DNA of 62,300 nucleotides, the filler included, from Choristocarpus tenellus KU-1152 (Eukaryota > Protista > Phaeophyceae): the NCBI GenBank assembly GCA_964200185.2. It is 4 parts of 4 records of this genome, joined end to end, with 100 filler letters (N's around TTAATTAATTAA, not from the genome) between each part and the next. Parts side by side here need not be neighbours in the genome. Positions count along the whole stretch, not along the records: positions 6,954 to 21,547 come from CAXNAD020001155.1; positions 21,648 to 46,656 come from CAXNAD020000193.1; 2 more parts are not named here. One strand, 5' to 3'. Each line of letters starts with the position of its first letter. The stretch's first letter is position 1. The notes under the pieces are model-generated. The model ran no database searches. It was given only the letters and a program-made list of their open reading frames with translations, and was not told where the DNA came from. The translations under genes were made by a program, and so were the position numbers. Positions 11,700 to 24,600 of this stretch are shown one piece after another.

Positions 11700-12660
11700 T
11701 GTGAGAGTCTGCGGTGGTAGATGCATACAATTAGCTAAATCTTGGCAGGAGAAGAAGGGAAAGATATGGAGGGTAGACGAAACCTGGATGGCTGGGAGAC
11801 AGACAGTATAATTAAGAAGTTATTAGGAGATGAGTAGCAGGAGAATAAGTTAAGTAAGGAAGAGTGGGGCAGAATGAAAGGTAAAGGGCAAAAGCGGAGT
11901 TAGGAGGACAGAAAGGGACGGGATTAAGGCAACCGCAGAGCAATCTTTCCCACCAGTCTACCCTCTTGATTGCTCACGATTGAGTGGGATGTTTGGGGGC
12001 GGGGGATTTTAAGTTTTGAGGGGGTATATGGCTTCTCGGTATAAGTTAAGGTACGGGAGTGGATGATTGGGTGTTCTTGGATTAATGTGGAGTGGTGTGG
12101 TGTGGTGAAGAGTGTTGTGGAGGGAGGGGGAGTGGATGCCTTGAAATTGGCTGGATTAGCTGTTAACTGGATATGTGGAAAGTAACCACATGGATGTGCG
12201 GAAATGGGCTACATTGGTTGGTTCGTGTATACTTGAAAATTGAATGTTTTTTATGTGCAGAAAGTGGCCGCTGTGGTTGGTGACTGGATATGCGGAAAAT
12301 GGTCGCATAGTGTGTGGAGGGAAGGTAGAAGTGGTGTGACTTTGGTTGAGGAAGAATAGAGAGTGTGTGATGTTATTACAAGCCTAACTAATCCAGAAAA
12401 CAAAACGGAAGAATTGAACCCATACTTGAATAGTGTGATTTTATGGCGACATGGTTCGCTCAGGCAAGGGTGGTGAAGAGAATCACCAGGCAAGACGGGC
12501 CAGATCGAACAAGACGAACCGTAACCGAGAGGACGAGGTTAAGGTTGGACAAGTGCACGACTGCAACGACTTGCAGGGAATTGTGGAGTGATGAAAATCT
12601 TAGGAGATGGGGATCATCACAAAAGTCAAGACGTGACAACAAAGAGAAACTTTGATGTGT
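11700..12660 (+). mobile_element. Probable 3' terminal relic of a second tyrosine-recombinase retrotransposon
   Basis: 12060-12110 (GGGTGTTCTTGGAT..TGTGGAGTGGTGT) is the reverse complement of 16722-16754 in the 3' region of the Ngaro-like element; repeated GGATRTGYGGAAA motifs. Confidence 0.45.
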
Positions 12661-13422
12661 GACATCTCTGGTTTGATAATTCCACTACCTGTGGGATTAT
12701 CTCTTCAAAGATTCCACACCTCATTTATTATTATTATTATGCCCTTTGACATTATTCGCAAGTCCCTCCACTGGAATTGGGGATTCCTGACCAGGAAACC
12801 TCAATCGGTGTGATGGTGTATGGCATAGGGAAATAACAGTAAAACAGACAAACCTGCTTTCCACATCAAGGTCAACCAAAAAGTTAGTCTGGGACCAAAA
12901 TGGGAAACATGTATGACTGTTAGAGTACTATTGCGCCATTTATTACACGGCTACATTTATACAAAATGGAGTGTAATATATAATTGAGGCATTAATAAAT
13001 ATCCGTTCAGGATGTCATTAGCCTAAAGTTAATGGTATGTGGTCAGCACATCAATCAAGCTTACGAGGTTTGAGAATATAGGATCAGCATATCAATCAGC
13101 CTAAAGACAAGGAGAGAGGTATATGTGACCGGCATTTAGGTCTCTAGTATCTTGTATAAACAGAGGATACTAAAATGAGAATACGAGGAGCAAAAGCTAT
13201 ATGACGTCAATAGACGGTTTGACTAGCATTTGTGATCTGACATTGCTATACAAGTGCTATACGATTATTTGATTACCACTCCAATGCGTGAATACAATGT
13301 CGCGAGTTACATGACCAATATCAACACGGCAGACTACGAGATCAAATGCGTGCACCCATTCTCCTTCCTAATATTCTGACAACGATTAAAGTATTGTTCG
13401 CGACGACTATAATATTCCAAGT

Positions 13423-13695
13423 GAGTGAAAGTATCTTAGAGGGTACAAGTTTTGCCCTGTTTGTCCATTTGGGGCTTGGCTTCCCTCGAGGGTTTTATGA
13501 TATTTTCCTACTCCAAAATGTTTCGAAGTAGTAAAATGTATACATTATGAAAAGGTATGTCTGGAACAAGGATAATGACACTTCCTAACAAACACGGTAG
13601 CCAAAATTACATCAAAATCGCATCAATCAAAATTGTAGCATTGGAATTTAGCCCCCAAATGGACGCGGCCTTAACCCTTTAAGATACTTTGGCTC
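13423..13695. mobile_element. MITE family A copy, 4-bp TSD AAGT
   Basis: AAGT|GAGTGAAAGTATCTTAGAGGGT...ACCCTTTAAGATACTTTGGCTC|AAGT. Confidence 0.92.
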
Positions 13696-13748
13696 AAGTG
13701 GACTACTCGGACGTACGATGCTGGTGGGTCAATTCTCAAAAAACGATA

Positions 13749-13940
13749 CAAGGTGACTGTACGGTCATTACATCATGCCGGGGGAATCATGCCACTAAAA
13801 AAAACAACATAACTCACCTGATGTCTCCATCTCTTACCTAGAGATAGACTTGAATCTTTTTCTAATGGGGTTAGTCACTTCATGATGATCAATAAATCAT
13901 TTTCATGAAAACGTGACATGATGTAATGAACAGCCACCTT
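13749..13940. mobile_element. Tc1/mariner-type MITE with TA flanks
   Basis: TA|CAAGGTGACTGT....TCATTACATCATG ... CATGATGTAATGAACAGCCACCTT|TA. Confidence 0.7.
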
Positions 13941-14549
13941 TAGCACAAGGGCGCTAATGAGCCTGGTGATATGGTCTCTTCACCACTGCATATGTCCACT
14001 CATCCAAACGAGGAGAGTTGAGAGATAAGAGTAATTGTATTATTGATTTATCTAAATGCCACCAAAATATATGTATATTCTATTTCCAAGGATTGATAAA
14101 CCTGGTAAACACAAGATGTCAAGTTAAAGCTAATCGTGAATAGGTTTACTGACATCTGATACCAGTTATCTAATTTCCTCACAAAACAATAGGCAACAGC
14201 CATCTATGACAAAATGACAAATAAAACAATTTGTCTAAGCTAGATGGTCAACCTATATAAATGATTACGAAATGTGGGTACCATGAGGTCCGGTCAAGAC
14301 ACACAAGACATCAAAAGACACAAATAAAATAATTGACGATCTGTACTGTACATATATTCAATAATCTCTTTACTGAAATGATAGCTTGCAATATTATGGC
14401 AATGCATGATACACAGAGTATGCAAAGGAGTATGGTAACAGTAAATACGAATTCTCAAGTCAACACTGTGTGGAATGAGAATTTTACTGGTTATTCGATC
14501 CATTTACTACATGATAGGCTGCAATCATTTCATGGCATTGTGGGATCTA

Positions 14550-16090
14550 CTCTATTCTTTTGTGAAGGTCACAAGACCGTCCATAGCCAAAAAGATGAAC
14601 AACGACCAGGACCAGATCTATGTTCAACAACACTATCAATGGTGTATTGACCAATAACAGGTTGAGAGATTTGATGGTCTACATCCGGTAATGGAAATGG
14701 TTTTTCCAGAAACAAGTAATCCAGTTCGTTCAAATCTGGTGTGGGAGGTTGGACTTGAGGATAGTAACGCTTCATTCTACCCTGAATATGATGGGTGATA
14801 CGCTGGAACGTAATTCATATACGGACCTCGCCAAGGGTGAAGTAACTTCAGATTCGGACCATCAGTACTCTCATGTGGCCTATGGACTAAAACTTGATCA
14901 CCAGGTACGAAAACGGTGAACACGAGACGTTGGTTGACACGCTCCTGATTTTTAGCGTGTTCATGGAGGTTATGGCGTGCCAACTCAAATGCAAGCTGTA
15001 AATTATCTTTAGTTTGCTGAGTAAGCTCTTCATTAGTGACATCTGAATAAGCATGAGACGAACCAAGGATAATGTCAACAGGTAAAGAGCTTGTCTTCCA
15101 AGCAGAAGGGAAAACGGGATTTCATGCAACTTTGCACTGAATGCTGTGTTACTGGCTAACTGTATGAAAGGCAGTAACGATGCCCTATTATCCTCAGCAA
15201 CAGAGATACACATTGCTAGCATAGAATGCAACGTGGCATGTACTCTCTCTAACACAGAATTTTCTTGAGGGTGATACGGTGTGGTTTTGGTTTTCTTGTA
15301 GCAAAAACAGACTGCAACTCTGCAACAATACTGCTTTCAAATTCGGTACCTTGATTGGAGTGTAACAACTCAACTGGGCCAAAAATTGAAAATACACGTT
15401 CTACCAGCATACAAGCAATTGTTGCGGCCTCTTTATTTGGAATAGGGGTCAGCACAACAAAATGACCAGGGTAATCAATTGGCAGATAACACATACGAAC
15501 ACATCACACCATTTGCTACGGGGAAACATGCTTTGTTCTCTACCAAAATCTATAGCAGCACATTGAAATGACCTGTCAACGGGCATATGCCCAGTGGGAA
15601 GCGTAGCTTTGTTATGAGCAGTCTTGCGCGATTGGCATGCTTGACAACCACGGCACCGTGTACGAACGTCGATATTGAATGTTGGCCACCAATACGAGTC
15701 TCTAACCTTATCGAACGTGGGTTTGAAACCTAAGTGGCCTCCAGATAAGAGGCCATACATGGCCATGACAACCATGGAGTACAAGATGGACTAAGGAACG
15801 AGGAACGACCAACTGGTCTCTAAACGTGCTCCCCTTACGAAGATGGTCTGGTAAATAGGAACGATACAGTAGGCCATTACGAAGGAAAAAATACGACATA
15901 GACGTCGTTGATTCCTTACTAGGTTGAGGAGCGACATTGGGGAACTGCGAATACCTAAAATATGATCCTAACTCGGATTGCTGCTCCTTGCGCAATTACT
16001 CCGGGTCCGCTGCAGGAAAGATAGTAGTGGAGCTAGTAAACAGTTCACGACCACTTTGGACGAGTGTTCATCTTGCCAATCAAGGATTGC
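14550..16090 (-). mobile_element. Ty3/gypsy retrotransposon integrase relic with probable chromodomain
   Basis: Frameshifted pieces: NGLLYR..QLVVP; GGHLG..TFDKVRDSYWWP..C..CQ (zinc-binding); HSNQGTEF; ERVHATL; GDQVLV..KL..PWRGPY; then YTIDSVVEHR.GPG and GYG.S.D (chromodomain-like). Confidence 0.88.
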
Positions 16091-16553
16091 ACTGAAGGCC
16101 TCCCTGCATGACACTATTATGAACCAGTATTTTATTTGGAAAAAGTAGGGGAATCGCTCCACTTCTCTCCGGAGACATTGTTTCTCTTGTTGAGGTAGGA
16201 AGAGGTTCGAACGAGGAAGTAATATAGGAGGGAGTGACCACGTCAATAAAAAAAACTTCTGGACATCTTTCCACGACGTTCGAGGGGTAATGGAACATGG
16301 TTGTCAGAACACAACTACAATTTGACCACATCTTGAGGGAAACGCCATTCCACGGTTTGAGTCAAGGTCTGAAATATATTGTGTTAGTAGGTTTTGAAGA
16401 AGCTTCGGGAGAAACTCTACGCAACGACGATCAATTTAGTATTATATTTGTTTTGCTCACGAATTCTGGATTATTGTTATTATTATCACATTATCCTTGT
16501 TTGCCATTCCTCTATTCTCCATTCCTCTCTTGGTTTCCTATTTACACCATTTT

Positions 16554-16659
16554 ATGACCAACCAGTGTGAATGCCCTTCGTCACTGATTGCCAGCCATCC
16601 CCCACATTGGATGACCAACCAGTGCGAATGCCCTTCGTCACTGCTTGCCAGCCATCCCC
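16554..16659. repeat. 57-bp tandem duplication in the 3' region of the YR element
   Basis: ATGACCAACCAGTGYGAATGCCCTTCGTCACTGMTTGCCAGCCATCCC at 16554 and 16611. Confidence 0.9.
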
Positions 16660-16850
16660 TACCACCTTTCAACCCACACAAGTTACCACTCCCCTCAACC
16701 CCACAGCAGTTCTCACACCACTCAACACCACTCCACAATCATCCAAGAACACCCCTTCATGATCCACCTCAAACCGTGCCTGTGAGCTAGAAGACATCTA
16801 CCCCGCCGGAATTTTACCTCCCCTACCCTTCGGGGTTGATTTCTTCTATC

Positions 16851-17955
16851 TCATCCCCTTACCTCCTGCCCTGGTTGGACACAATCCTTCCTACTCTCTG
16901 CCAAGCCCTTTGACACTGACACCGGGTCCTTCTGGTTATCCCTTACATATACCATAAAATCCCTCGACTTCCATCTTCCCTCCCGCTGTATTACTAATTC
17001 TGATACCCCCATGCTTGCCAATCTCGTGGCTCCCCCTATTCTACCCAAATGCAAGGCATACTCGTCTGGTCTTAGCCTAAGTTCCTTTACTATTCTCCTC
17101 AAGACACATGTTGCTTGGCCCCTCGTGATCACTCTCCACCCCCCTTCCTGTCTACATGTCATCAGAGGGGAGTCTGGGGGGAGCTGTGGGAAACATTCCA
17201 TAATAGCCATTACCCCCTCCCAACCTCCCATACTTTCTTCTCCCCCTTCCTTCCCTACCTTATATCTTGTCAACACTGCTCCTTTTCTACCCTGGTCCCC
17301 TTTTGACCCTCTGAACGTTACCACTACTTTTTCTGCCTGGTGTCTATCTTCCCAACTTGATCTTATTACTCCCTCCATACCACGTCCCTCCTTCTTACTG
17401 CGAAATCTCCATGAACTCCTCCCCCTTCATCATAGGCCCACAATTCTGAAGCTCTAGCTAGAAAGAAGAACGAGAAACTCAGACCTAGTCTTGTCAATTT
17501 ACCTTCCCTACCTAGCATTTCAGTGTCTCTACAATCATTCTCCACGTTAGGGGTCTCCTCTTCCTGGGCTCGCTTCCTACTTTTGTGTGGCTCCTCCCTA
17601 TTCCTTTGAGTACAGACTGGATCATGAAATGTTGTGTGGGGAGCTGGAGGTTGAGGAAATGTTTATGGTAGCATTGGATTGCTGCTATCTTACCCTTGAC
17701 TGTGCTTACTTGGTTCCCCCTACTCCCACAACACCAACACATGAACTCCGCTAGGGCCTTTACTGCCTCTATCTCTCTACTCCCAGGGTCTAACCACCAA
17801 CTCAATCCCCTATATGTACGGAACTCAGACCATTGGTCCCAAGCTGCCTCATAACGCTTCTGAGTAGATGGCGCAACTGATCCTCTGGCGTACAATGCTG
17901 CAAGGCACTCAAACACAACATCTTCTCTTCCCGACCCTGGGGTTGCTCCTGCCAA
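16851..17955 (-). pseudogene. Tyrosine recombinase of the YR retrotransposon (split ORFs 17512-17955 and 16851-17378)
   Basis: N-terminal STQKRYEAAWDQWSEF...STVKGKIAAIQCYH; catalytic part FRGSKGDQGRKG, YALHLGRIGGAT, REGRWKS..FMVYVR (K, HxxR, W, Y). Confidence 0.85.
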
Positions 17956-18464
17956 TCAATCCGCGGGCAAACACGATGGAGGTTAGGTTGAATTTCATCC
18001 CTCTTCCACCTCGATATACCATCTACTAAGTCATTCTGCCTACCCGCAACATGTTCCGCTGCGAATGACCATTCCCCTGCTATCTCCAACATCCCCATTA
18101 TTCTCATCAATCCCCCTGCCCTCCTAGCCTTTGCCCCCCAACACTTGCGGAACCAATGCACTGCAGAGTAGTTGTCCCCTCTAAGCAACACTGGGTCTCC
18201 CTTCTTCCCTGCCTTCCCCTTTACCTTCATGACCAGTATCCATGCATTCATCACCATTCCTAGTAACTCTAAGACATTGATTGATATACTCCCCCCTTCT
18301 CCTTTTATCACACTACGCATAATATCCTTCAAGTGTTCTGGGAAGTAATATCTCCACCACTTACCCGTCTCTACGTTGCATCCTCCTACTGCTGAAAAAC
18401 ATGCATCTGAATACCATGTCGTTCTTGGGGGCCTTGACACAAAACCCCAAAACGGGGAACTCAA
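17802..18464 (-). pseudogene. RNase H of the YR retrotransposon
   Basis: WYSDAC, SINVLELLG, LRGDN, HVAGRQNDLVDGISR: the D-E-D-D pattern of DIRS-type RNase H. Confidence 0.85.
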
Positions 18465-18509
18465 GTTTTCTCCCTCCTCAGCCAGACCACGTTCTACTAC
18501 CCACCTCCA

Positions 18510-19395
18510 TCAATACAAGTCTTCCTTAAATTCTATTCCTATCCTGATTTCCTTATTTCCTTCTCTTGGGCCTTCCCTCTGTTCGCCCTGCCCCCTCCCC
18601 CTTGCTATCGTTCTCAACCAACCCCCCTTCTGGTGCAGCCCTGACAGTTGTACCAGCCGCCAAAGAAAAAATCTCCTTGGGCATATATAACATACGACAT
18701 GTGAAATAGTCTGCCCAACAACACCCATACCTCCTTCACCCTGACTACCGACTTCGACTCTGGCCACTCCCCTAACAACGACTTTAGCCCCTTCAACTTT
18801 CCCTCTTGTAGGGCAATGTTCATATTTTCTGTGTCTATCCTCCATCCTACCACTACCTGTGTAGTATGCCATCCTGTCAATTTTTTTGTTGACAAAATGG
18901 GGGGCTCGTCTCTGTCTCTCTGGCCTAGCAAACGTATGTGGTCGGAGACTAAAGAATTTGTTGCTAGCTTCAGTCTCCGCCCATCTTCAAATTGGGGCTC
19001 TACCAATATGCTATCATCTACATATATTCTGGCAAAAAAGGGTCCTCCACCCCCCCCCCATGTCTCATCTACGGCACTAACCTCCCTCTTGCCCTCCTGC
19101 TTTGAGTGTGTTACACCTACCGCAATCCTTTCTGCTTCTTTGAAAACTACTGTGGACTTGGGATCTGTATGACAGTGTGAAAATTCTAGGGCACTTACTA
19201 ATAAGTCCCACCACCCCGGGCTATTCCTCCACCCAAATTGGAGTCTACAATCAATCACCAGCAAGTTTCCCACACAATATCCAAACTTTGCTGCCCCTTG
19301 TGGTTCTACTGGTACTTGGCTAAAGGCATCCTTAATCCATCTTACTAATCACAATTCTCGCCCTAGGGAACTTCTTCCTTAATCCCACAATCCTC
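18510..19395 (-). pseudogene. Reverse transcriptase of the YR retrotransposon
   Basis: KMD..DAFSQVPV, RLQFGWRNSPGWW, IYVDDSILVE, GWRIDT; frameshifts present. Confidence 0.88.
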
Positions 19396-19649
19396 TGTTG
19401 AGAAGCTTGACGCACATGAGGCTTGTCGCTGTAAGTTAGCTGTTGAATTACATGGTAAAGCACACACTGAATTATTAGTTGCCTGTCAACCATCCATCAT
19501 CACTGACGTGTCGATTAATGTTGACTTATTATATTTTATATACGTACGTATTCTGTATCATACCTAACCAAATATAAACGTATGTATAATCTATGTTGTA
19601 TACTTGTGTCAGCACAAACAACATAAGGATAACACTAGGTTAATCGACA
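19396..19649 (-). repeat. Copia 3' LTR (254 bp, TG...CA)
   Basis: Minus-strand PPT AAGGGGAGGA (19650-19659) directly precedes TGTCGA; LTR ends TCAACA at 19396, where the YR-element RT frame resumes. Confidence 0.85.
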
Positions 19650-21547
19650 TCCTCCCCTTGCTGAAAACAAGTATAACTCTCAAACAATAAAAAAAATCAA
19701 ATCAAATCAAATAAAAAAACAAACGTTGTGTCACATGTTCATCAAAAACTTCACATGTTGTCTAAAAACTCGAACTGGCAAATTCTTGGTCAAGACATCT
19801 GCCCTCTGGTTTGCTGTACCAACAAAAACAACACGAATCTCTTCTTTTCTAGATAAATCCCTTAAAAAATGATGTCGGACATCTATTTACTTTGTTCTAG
19901 TAGAGCCTGTGGCATTTCGTACTAGTTTGCATGCACCATCATTATCCTCAAACAAATCAATGCAATGCCTAGGAAACTGTGGCTGAATAAACTCAAAAAC
20001 ACTCCTCAAGAAAAGTAATTCCTGTGCTACACTACTAAGTGCTATGTATTCACTCTCTGTGGAAGACAGAGCTACAACTCTTTGCACCTTTGACGTCCAA
20101 GATATTGCTCCTCCTGCAAACATAATTGCTCCTCCAGTCACTGACCTACGATCATTCCAGTCTCCAGCATAACTAGCATCAGCATACGCACTCAACTCAC
20201 ACTCAGTATCAAAACCACCAAAACTCAATCCAACACTGGGACATGTATTCAAATATGCTAAAATACATTTCACTACACGCCAATGAGTGACTTTGGGATT
20301 GCTACTGTACTTGGCAACTTCACGAACTGCATTTGAAATATCAAGTCTGGTCATAACAGATGCCCACATCAAACTACCAACTGCCTCTCTGTACGGTGCA
20401 CTTTCATCAACACTTGGATGATTCTAACTTTTGTCTAGAGCCCTTGAGAGATCATGGGGTACCGACCTTTTCTTTGCCCCATCCATACCAAATCTATGAC
20501 AAACACTCTTAATATACCTAGTCTGACTGATGGTAACAGTACGTGCATTTCTGTCATGTGAAATCTCACAACCCATATAATACTCAGTATCACCAAAATC
20601 TTCTATGGAAAACTGCTCTTCAATCCTAGAGCGAACCCAAATCAAAAACATTAATTTTACCAGCTACCAATAGATCATCTACGTGGGGGGCTATCACAGC
20701 ACAAACAATGCCTTCTCTTACATAGCGTAACACACAAGGGTCTGCTCTACATTGCTCAAAAATGCAGGGGACGGTGTTGGTGCAAAGGTATCTTGATAAT
20801 CTAAACCCTCAATCTGTCGAAAACCTTTTGCTACCAAACGCGCCTTGTGTTTAACCACCTCGCCAAATTTGTTGATTTTACTTATGTGAATCCATTTCGT
20901 GTCTATAGCTCTGCGTCCAAGGGGTAGTACAGCCTCTACCCAAACCTTATTCAACAACAAACCAGACATCTCTTCAGCTCTAGCTCGATCCCATAAATCA
21001 CATTCGGGAGAGCTATGTGCTGATCTTACAGTCTTAGGTTCTGGAGGGAGTTCATTAGCTAACACTCTGATGGAATCATCACTCACACACATTACAAGGG
21101 TAGTCTCTATTGAAACAGACAAACAAGTCTAGAAAAAATTGGACATATTAAAAACAGCAGCTTCGGCGGAAGTATTGCCTGATCTGGTGCGATGGGGTAG
21201 GATTTTGTCTTCACCATTTCCAATGCTGAGTCGTCGTAGTTCCCTTTCACATTGATTGTCCTGGGTTTGATCCATTCCATTGTCATCACCATCATTTTCG
21301 TCATTAAAAATGTTTTCCACCATCTCCTCCACTAGTTCACCATCACTTAGTCCACCTTCAATCCAGGTGATCCCATTATCGTCACATTCACCCCCCATCT
21401 CCTGGATTTCTCTAGTCTGTTTTCTAGCATGTGGAGGATGTATCTAGGAGTGTCGTCCAAATTGTCAGTAGCCCTTCGTCGCGCATGGGGAGGAAGGATG
21501 TATCCAGGGTTGTCATCCAAGTCTTCATTATCCCGGTCGAAATCAGA
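19396..21547 (-). mobile_element. Ty1/copia LTR retrotransposon, degenerate 3' part
   Basis: EPKT..A, KW..K, KARLVAKGFRQIEGLDYQDTFAP, YVDDLL (20670-20685), TRLDISNAV, YADASYAGD..DRRSVTG, LSSTESEY, EDN, TK/IDVRHHFLRD; stops and frameshifts; polypurine tract and 3' LTR present. Confidence 0.93.
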
Positions 21548-21647
21548 NNNNNNNNNNNNNNNNNNNNNNNNNNNNNNNNNNNNNNNNNNNNTTAATTAAT
21601 TAANNNNNNNNNNNNNNNNNNNNNNNNNNNNNNNNNNNNNNNNNNNN
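21548..21647. other. Assembly spacer N44-TTAATTAATTAA-N44
   Basis: Same 100-bp linker; copia on one side, a truncated exon on the other. Confidence 0.97.
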
Positions 21648-24600
21648 ACAGCTCTGTCCCAGACTGGAGGTGACACTCTCCCCCTGAGCGTTCACCAGAT
21701 CGGCACTCCTGACCCATGACAGTTTCAACATCAACACTGTCACTACCCTGGTCGAAGTTTGCAACACATACCACACCTGCGAATTCCAGTATTGCCAGAT
21801 TGTCCAAATCCACGTCCTTGTCTGGGCGGTATGATTCACGATGGCCAGCATGCTTATAGGCCCCAGTCCTGAGTGTTTGGATTGGGTTAGGACATTGGTA
21901 TGGTTGAGTGGGAATGACATATTTCGGAGTTGCATCTTATGTACAGCAGTGTTAGGTAGTTGCATAAAATAGAGAAAATGTGAAATGTCCTTGTTACGGG
22001 ATTAGAGAAAATAATGCAAAATCCTCTGCAACGCAGAAGAACACTCTCAAATGCTACACAACAGGACGAACTGATAGAAATCTAACAAAAAAATATCTAC
22101 CTTAAACTAGTGATATTAATCCGGAGTGATAATCAGCAATAGATCCAAGAGGTTAATATTCAATTTGTTTCAAGCAGAAGAGTTGCAACAGCCCATTGAT
22201 TAAAGTGTGGCACAAATTGTAGACCGGAAAAAATGTATGCCCTCCAAACAATGGAACAAACAATGGCAAAGATATGCTGTTCTTTCTGTTAGTTTGTTAA
22301 AGTACCCCAAGTCAAGCTCACAGCACCTTGAGACACCATACAGTAAAAAATGTATTTGCTCAAGGGCCGATTCAGAAGTACCAAGGGGAGCGAAAATATA
22401 AAATTGCAGAAAACCACCCGAACAAAATTCATAAGTGGAGCACCCTAGAAAGCTCAAAGGTAAAACCAACTTCAAGAAAATTTCTGTTTAATCCCTACAT
22501 GTAGATCAGCAGTACTTCCAAGTCAAAATTGAGTGTCTGCACAATAAACAAAATAAACACTTTGAAGTACTAACAAAAGGAATATCGACATTTTTGTGGC
22601 TTGGTGGTCTATGACATGGCATCAGCTACAAGCTTAGAGCCTTGTGCGGCTCCCTTTTCAGAAATCATTTTTCTGCAAGATCCACAGAAACATAATGTGA
22701 TGTGATGAACATTTTCACCTCTGACTGTCAGAGAATCGGAAATGAGTTCGACTCTGTCCCCCCCACTTGTATCCATCCCAGCCACATTGCCCAAAGTACA
22801 CCAGAGGCTCCATAGTAGCCATTTCTCGATTTTCCGCCTGTCTGCCAGGGAATAGGTTGAAACCCTTCCAGCAGGAAAATGGGGCATAAAAGAGGGACCA
22901 TCATGAACCTAATTGCTTCAAGTCGTCAGCTGCTAGGGCATACACTATTATTACTATTCAATTTCTGCAAACAAAAGAATACATTTATATATATCACCTT
23001 GTGTTTCCAAACACTTAGAGCCTACAAAGTACCCCCTATGTATCATCAACTTCACAGCTCCCAAATGTATTCAAAACTCATAAATTTCCTTCATCGAGTA
23101 GTCCTTTTCGTTTCTCAAAATTTCACATAACAACAAATAAAATATCTTCAAAGTGTATATTTTCACTCAATCTACGCCCCAAGATTGACTGTTACCACTT
23201 GTTACACAAAATTTGAGTTGAAAAAAATAGTAGAAACTAAATTTCTTTATCACAACTAACAACGACTAATTTACCTTTCCCAAAATACATTTTGGGGGCG
23301 GAGTACTGGAGATGTCAAATGGACAAACTGGTGACGTTTTGGTGTTAATAATATCTGCTGGGCAACATAACAAACTATCTTTGCATCTGTAAACTTGAGA
23401 TAAGCAGCTCTACAATCGGTCAGGACCATGCACAAATACTAAAACCAATACTTTGACAGTTTGGACACCTTACCAAGTAAGGCAATAAACATCAGATGAG
23501 ATGCAAGAGGGGGTTCTGTAGTCACCTCTTGAGAGCTTGCCCAGTGATAGCCATCAGGACAATCAAAGCGGCGACTGGCCTCCCACTTAGTGTCCTGAAG
23601 TGAAAAATTGCAGCAAGGTTTCTCAATGTATGGAGGGTGTAATGGTAGAGTTCAGGGAACAAGTTGCAAACAACTCTAAGAAATGAGAGGAAGGCGGCAA
23701 GGTACGAGGAGAGTTGAGGGGGGGATATTGTATGTGTGTGAATGTGTTGAGAGCAGGCCGCCAAAACAGTGAAATCTGCCAAAATATTTATTATTACCAC
23801 AGCATAATAAAAAATGGGTGCTAATCAACCATGTAAGTCTTTGCCCACCTACTGGTGATATATACTAGTACATTTCTAACAAGGAAGAAAACTCAACTGA
23901 AATATTCATAGTATCACATGAAAACTGATTTGTCTTTCTGAGTGAAAGTATCTTAGAGGGTAAGAGTTTTTCCCTGTTTGTCCATTTGGGGCTTGGCTTC
24001 CCACAGTTGTATTTAATAGCGTTTTACCTACTCCAAAATGTTTTGGAGTAAGAAAAATTCATACGATATGAAAAGGTGTGTCCGGAACAAGGATATTGAC
24101 ATCTCCAAACAAACACGATAGACAAAATTACATCAAAATTGCAACATCGGATTTTGGCCCCTAAATGAACGCGGCTCTACCCTCTAACATACTTCGACTC
24201 TTCTTCATCTTGCCTGTGCAACAGCAAAGAACACCCTCGGCTCAAATGAGCTCTGACGAAAGCCTCCACACTCGTCCTGGTGCTGTGAAACAATCATCCA
24301 GCTAGTGTCGATTCCTCCTGCCTGCCAGCAGAGATTCATTACACAAAAAAGAATTCAGAGAGCTGGGGAGTTGTGCAAAGGAAAAAATGGGATAACAGAG
24401 TGCGCATACTTCAATCTATAATCAATATTTAGACGTGGTTCTTGTGAGTCAACAGATGAAATATACACAAATAAGTCAACAGGAACAATACTCTGTTTCC
24501 CATACTCCAATTTGCTGTCTTAATTTCCTTGTTGATGGTAATGGTAATACAAATAAATTGTACTAGCAAGCGGTTATATCAAGTAGAGGATAATAAACCT

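Larger units (their letters stand above)
16540..19395 (-). mobile_element. Tyrosine-recombinase retrotransposon (DIRS order, Ngaro-like), degenerate, 5' part cut by copia insertion
   Basis: Order RT, RNase H, integrase N-terminal domain, YR; overlapping ORFs; no methyltransferase ORF visible. Confidence 0.88.

Noticed and set aside
16851-17378. Phage integrase or prophage
   Set aside because: Directly linked to RT and RNase H of a YR retrotransposon; no phage genes.
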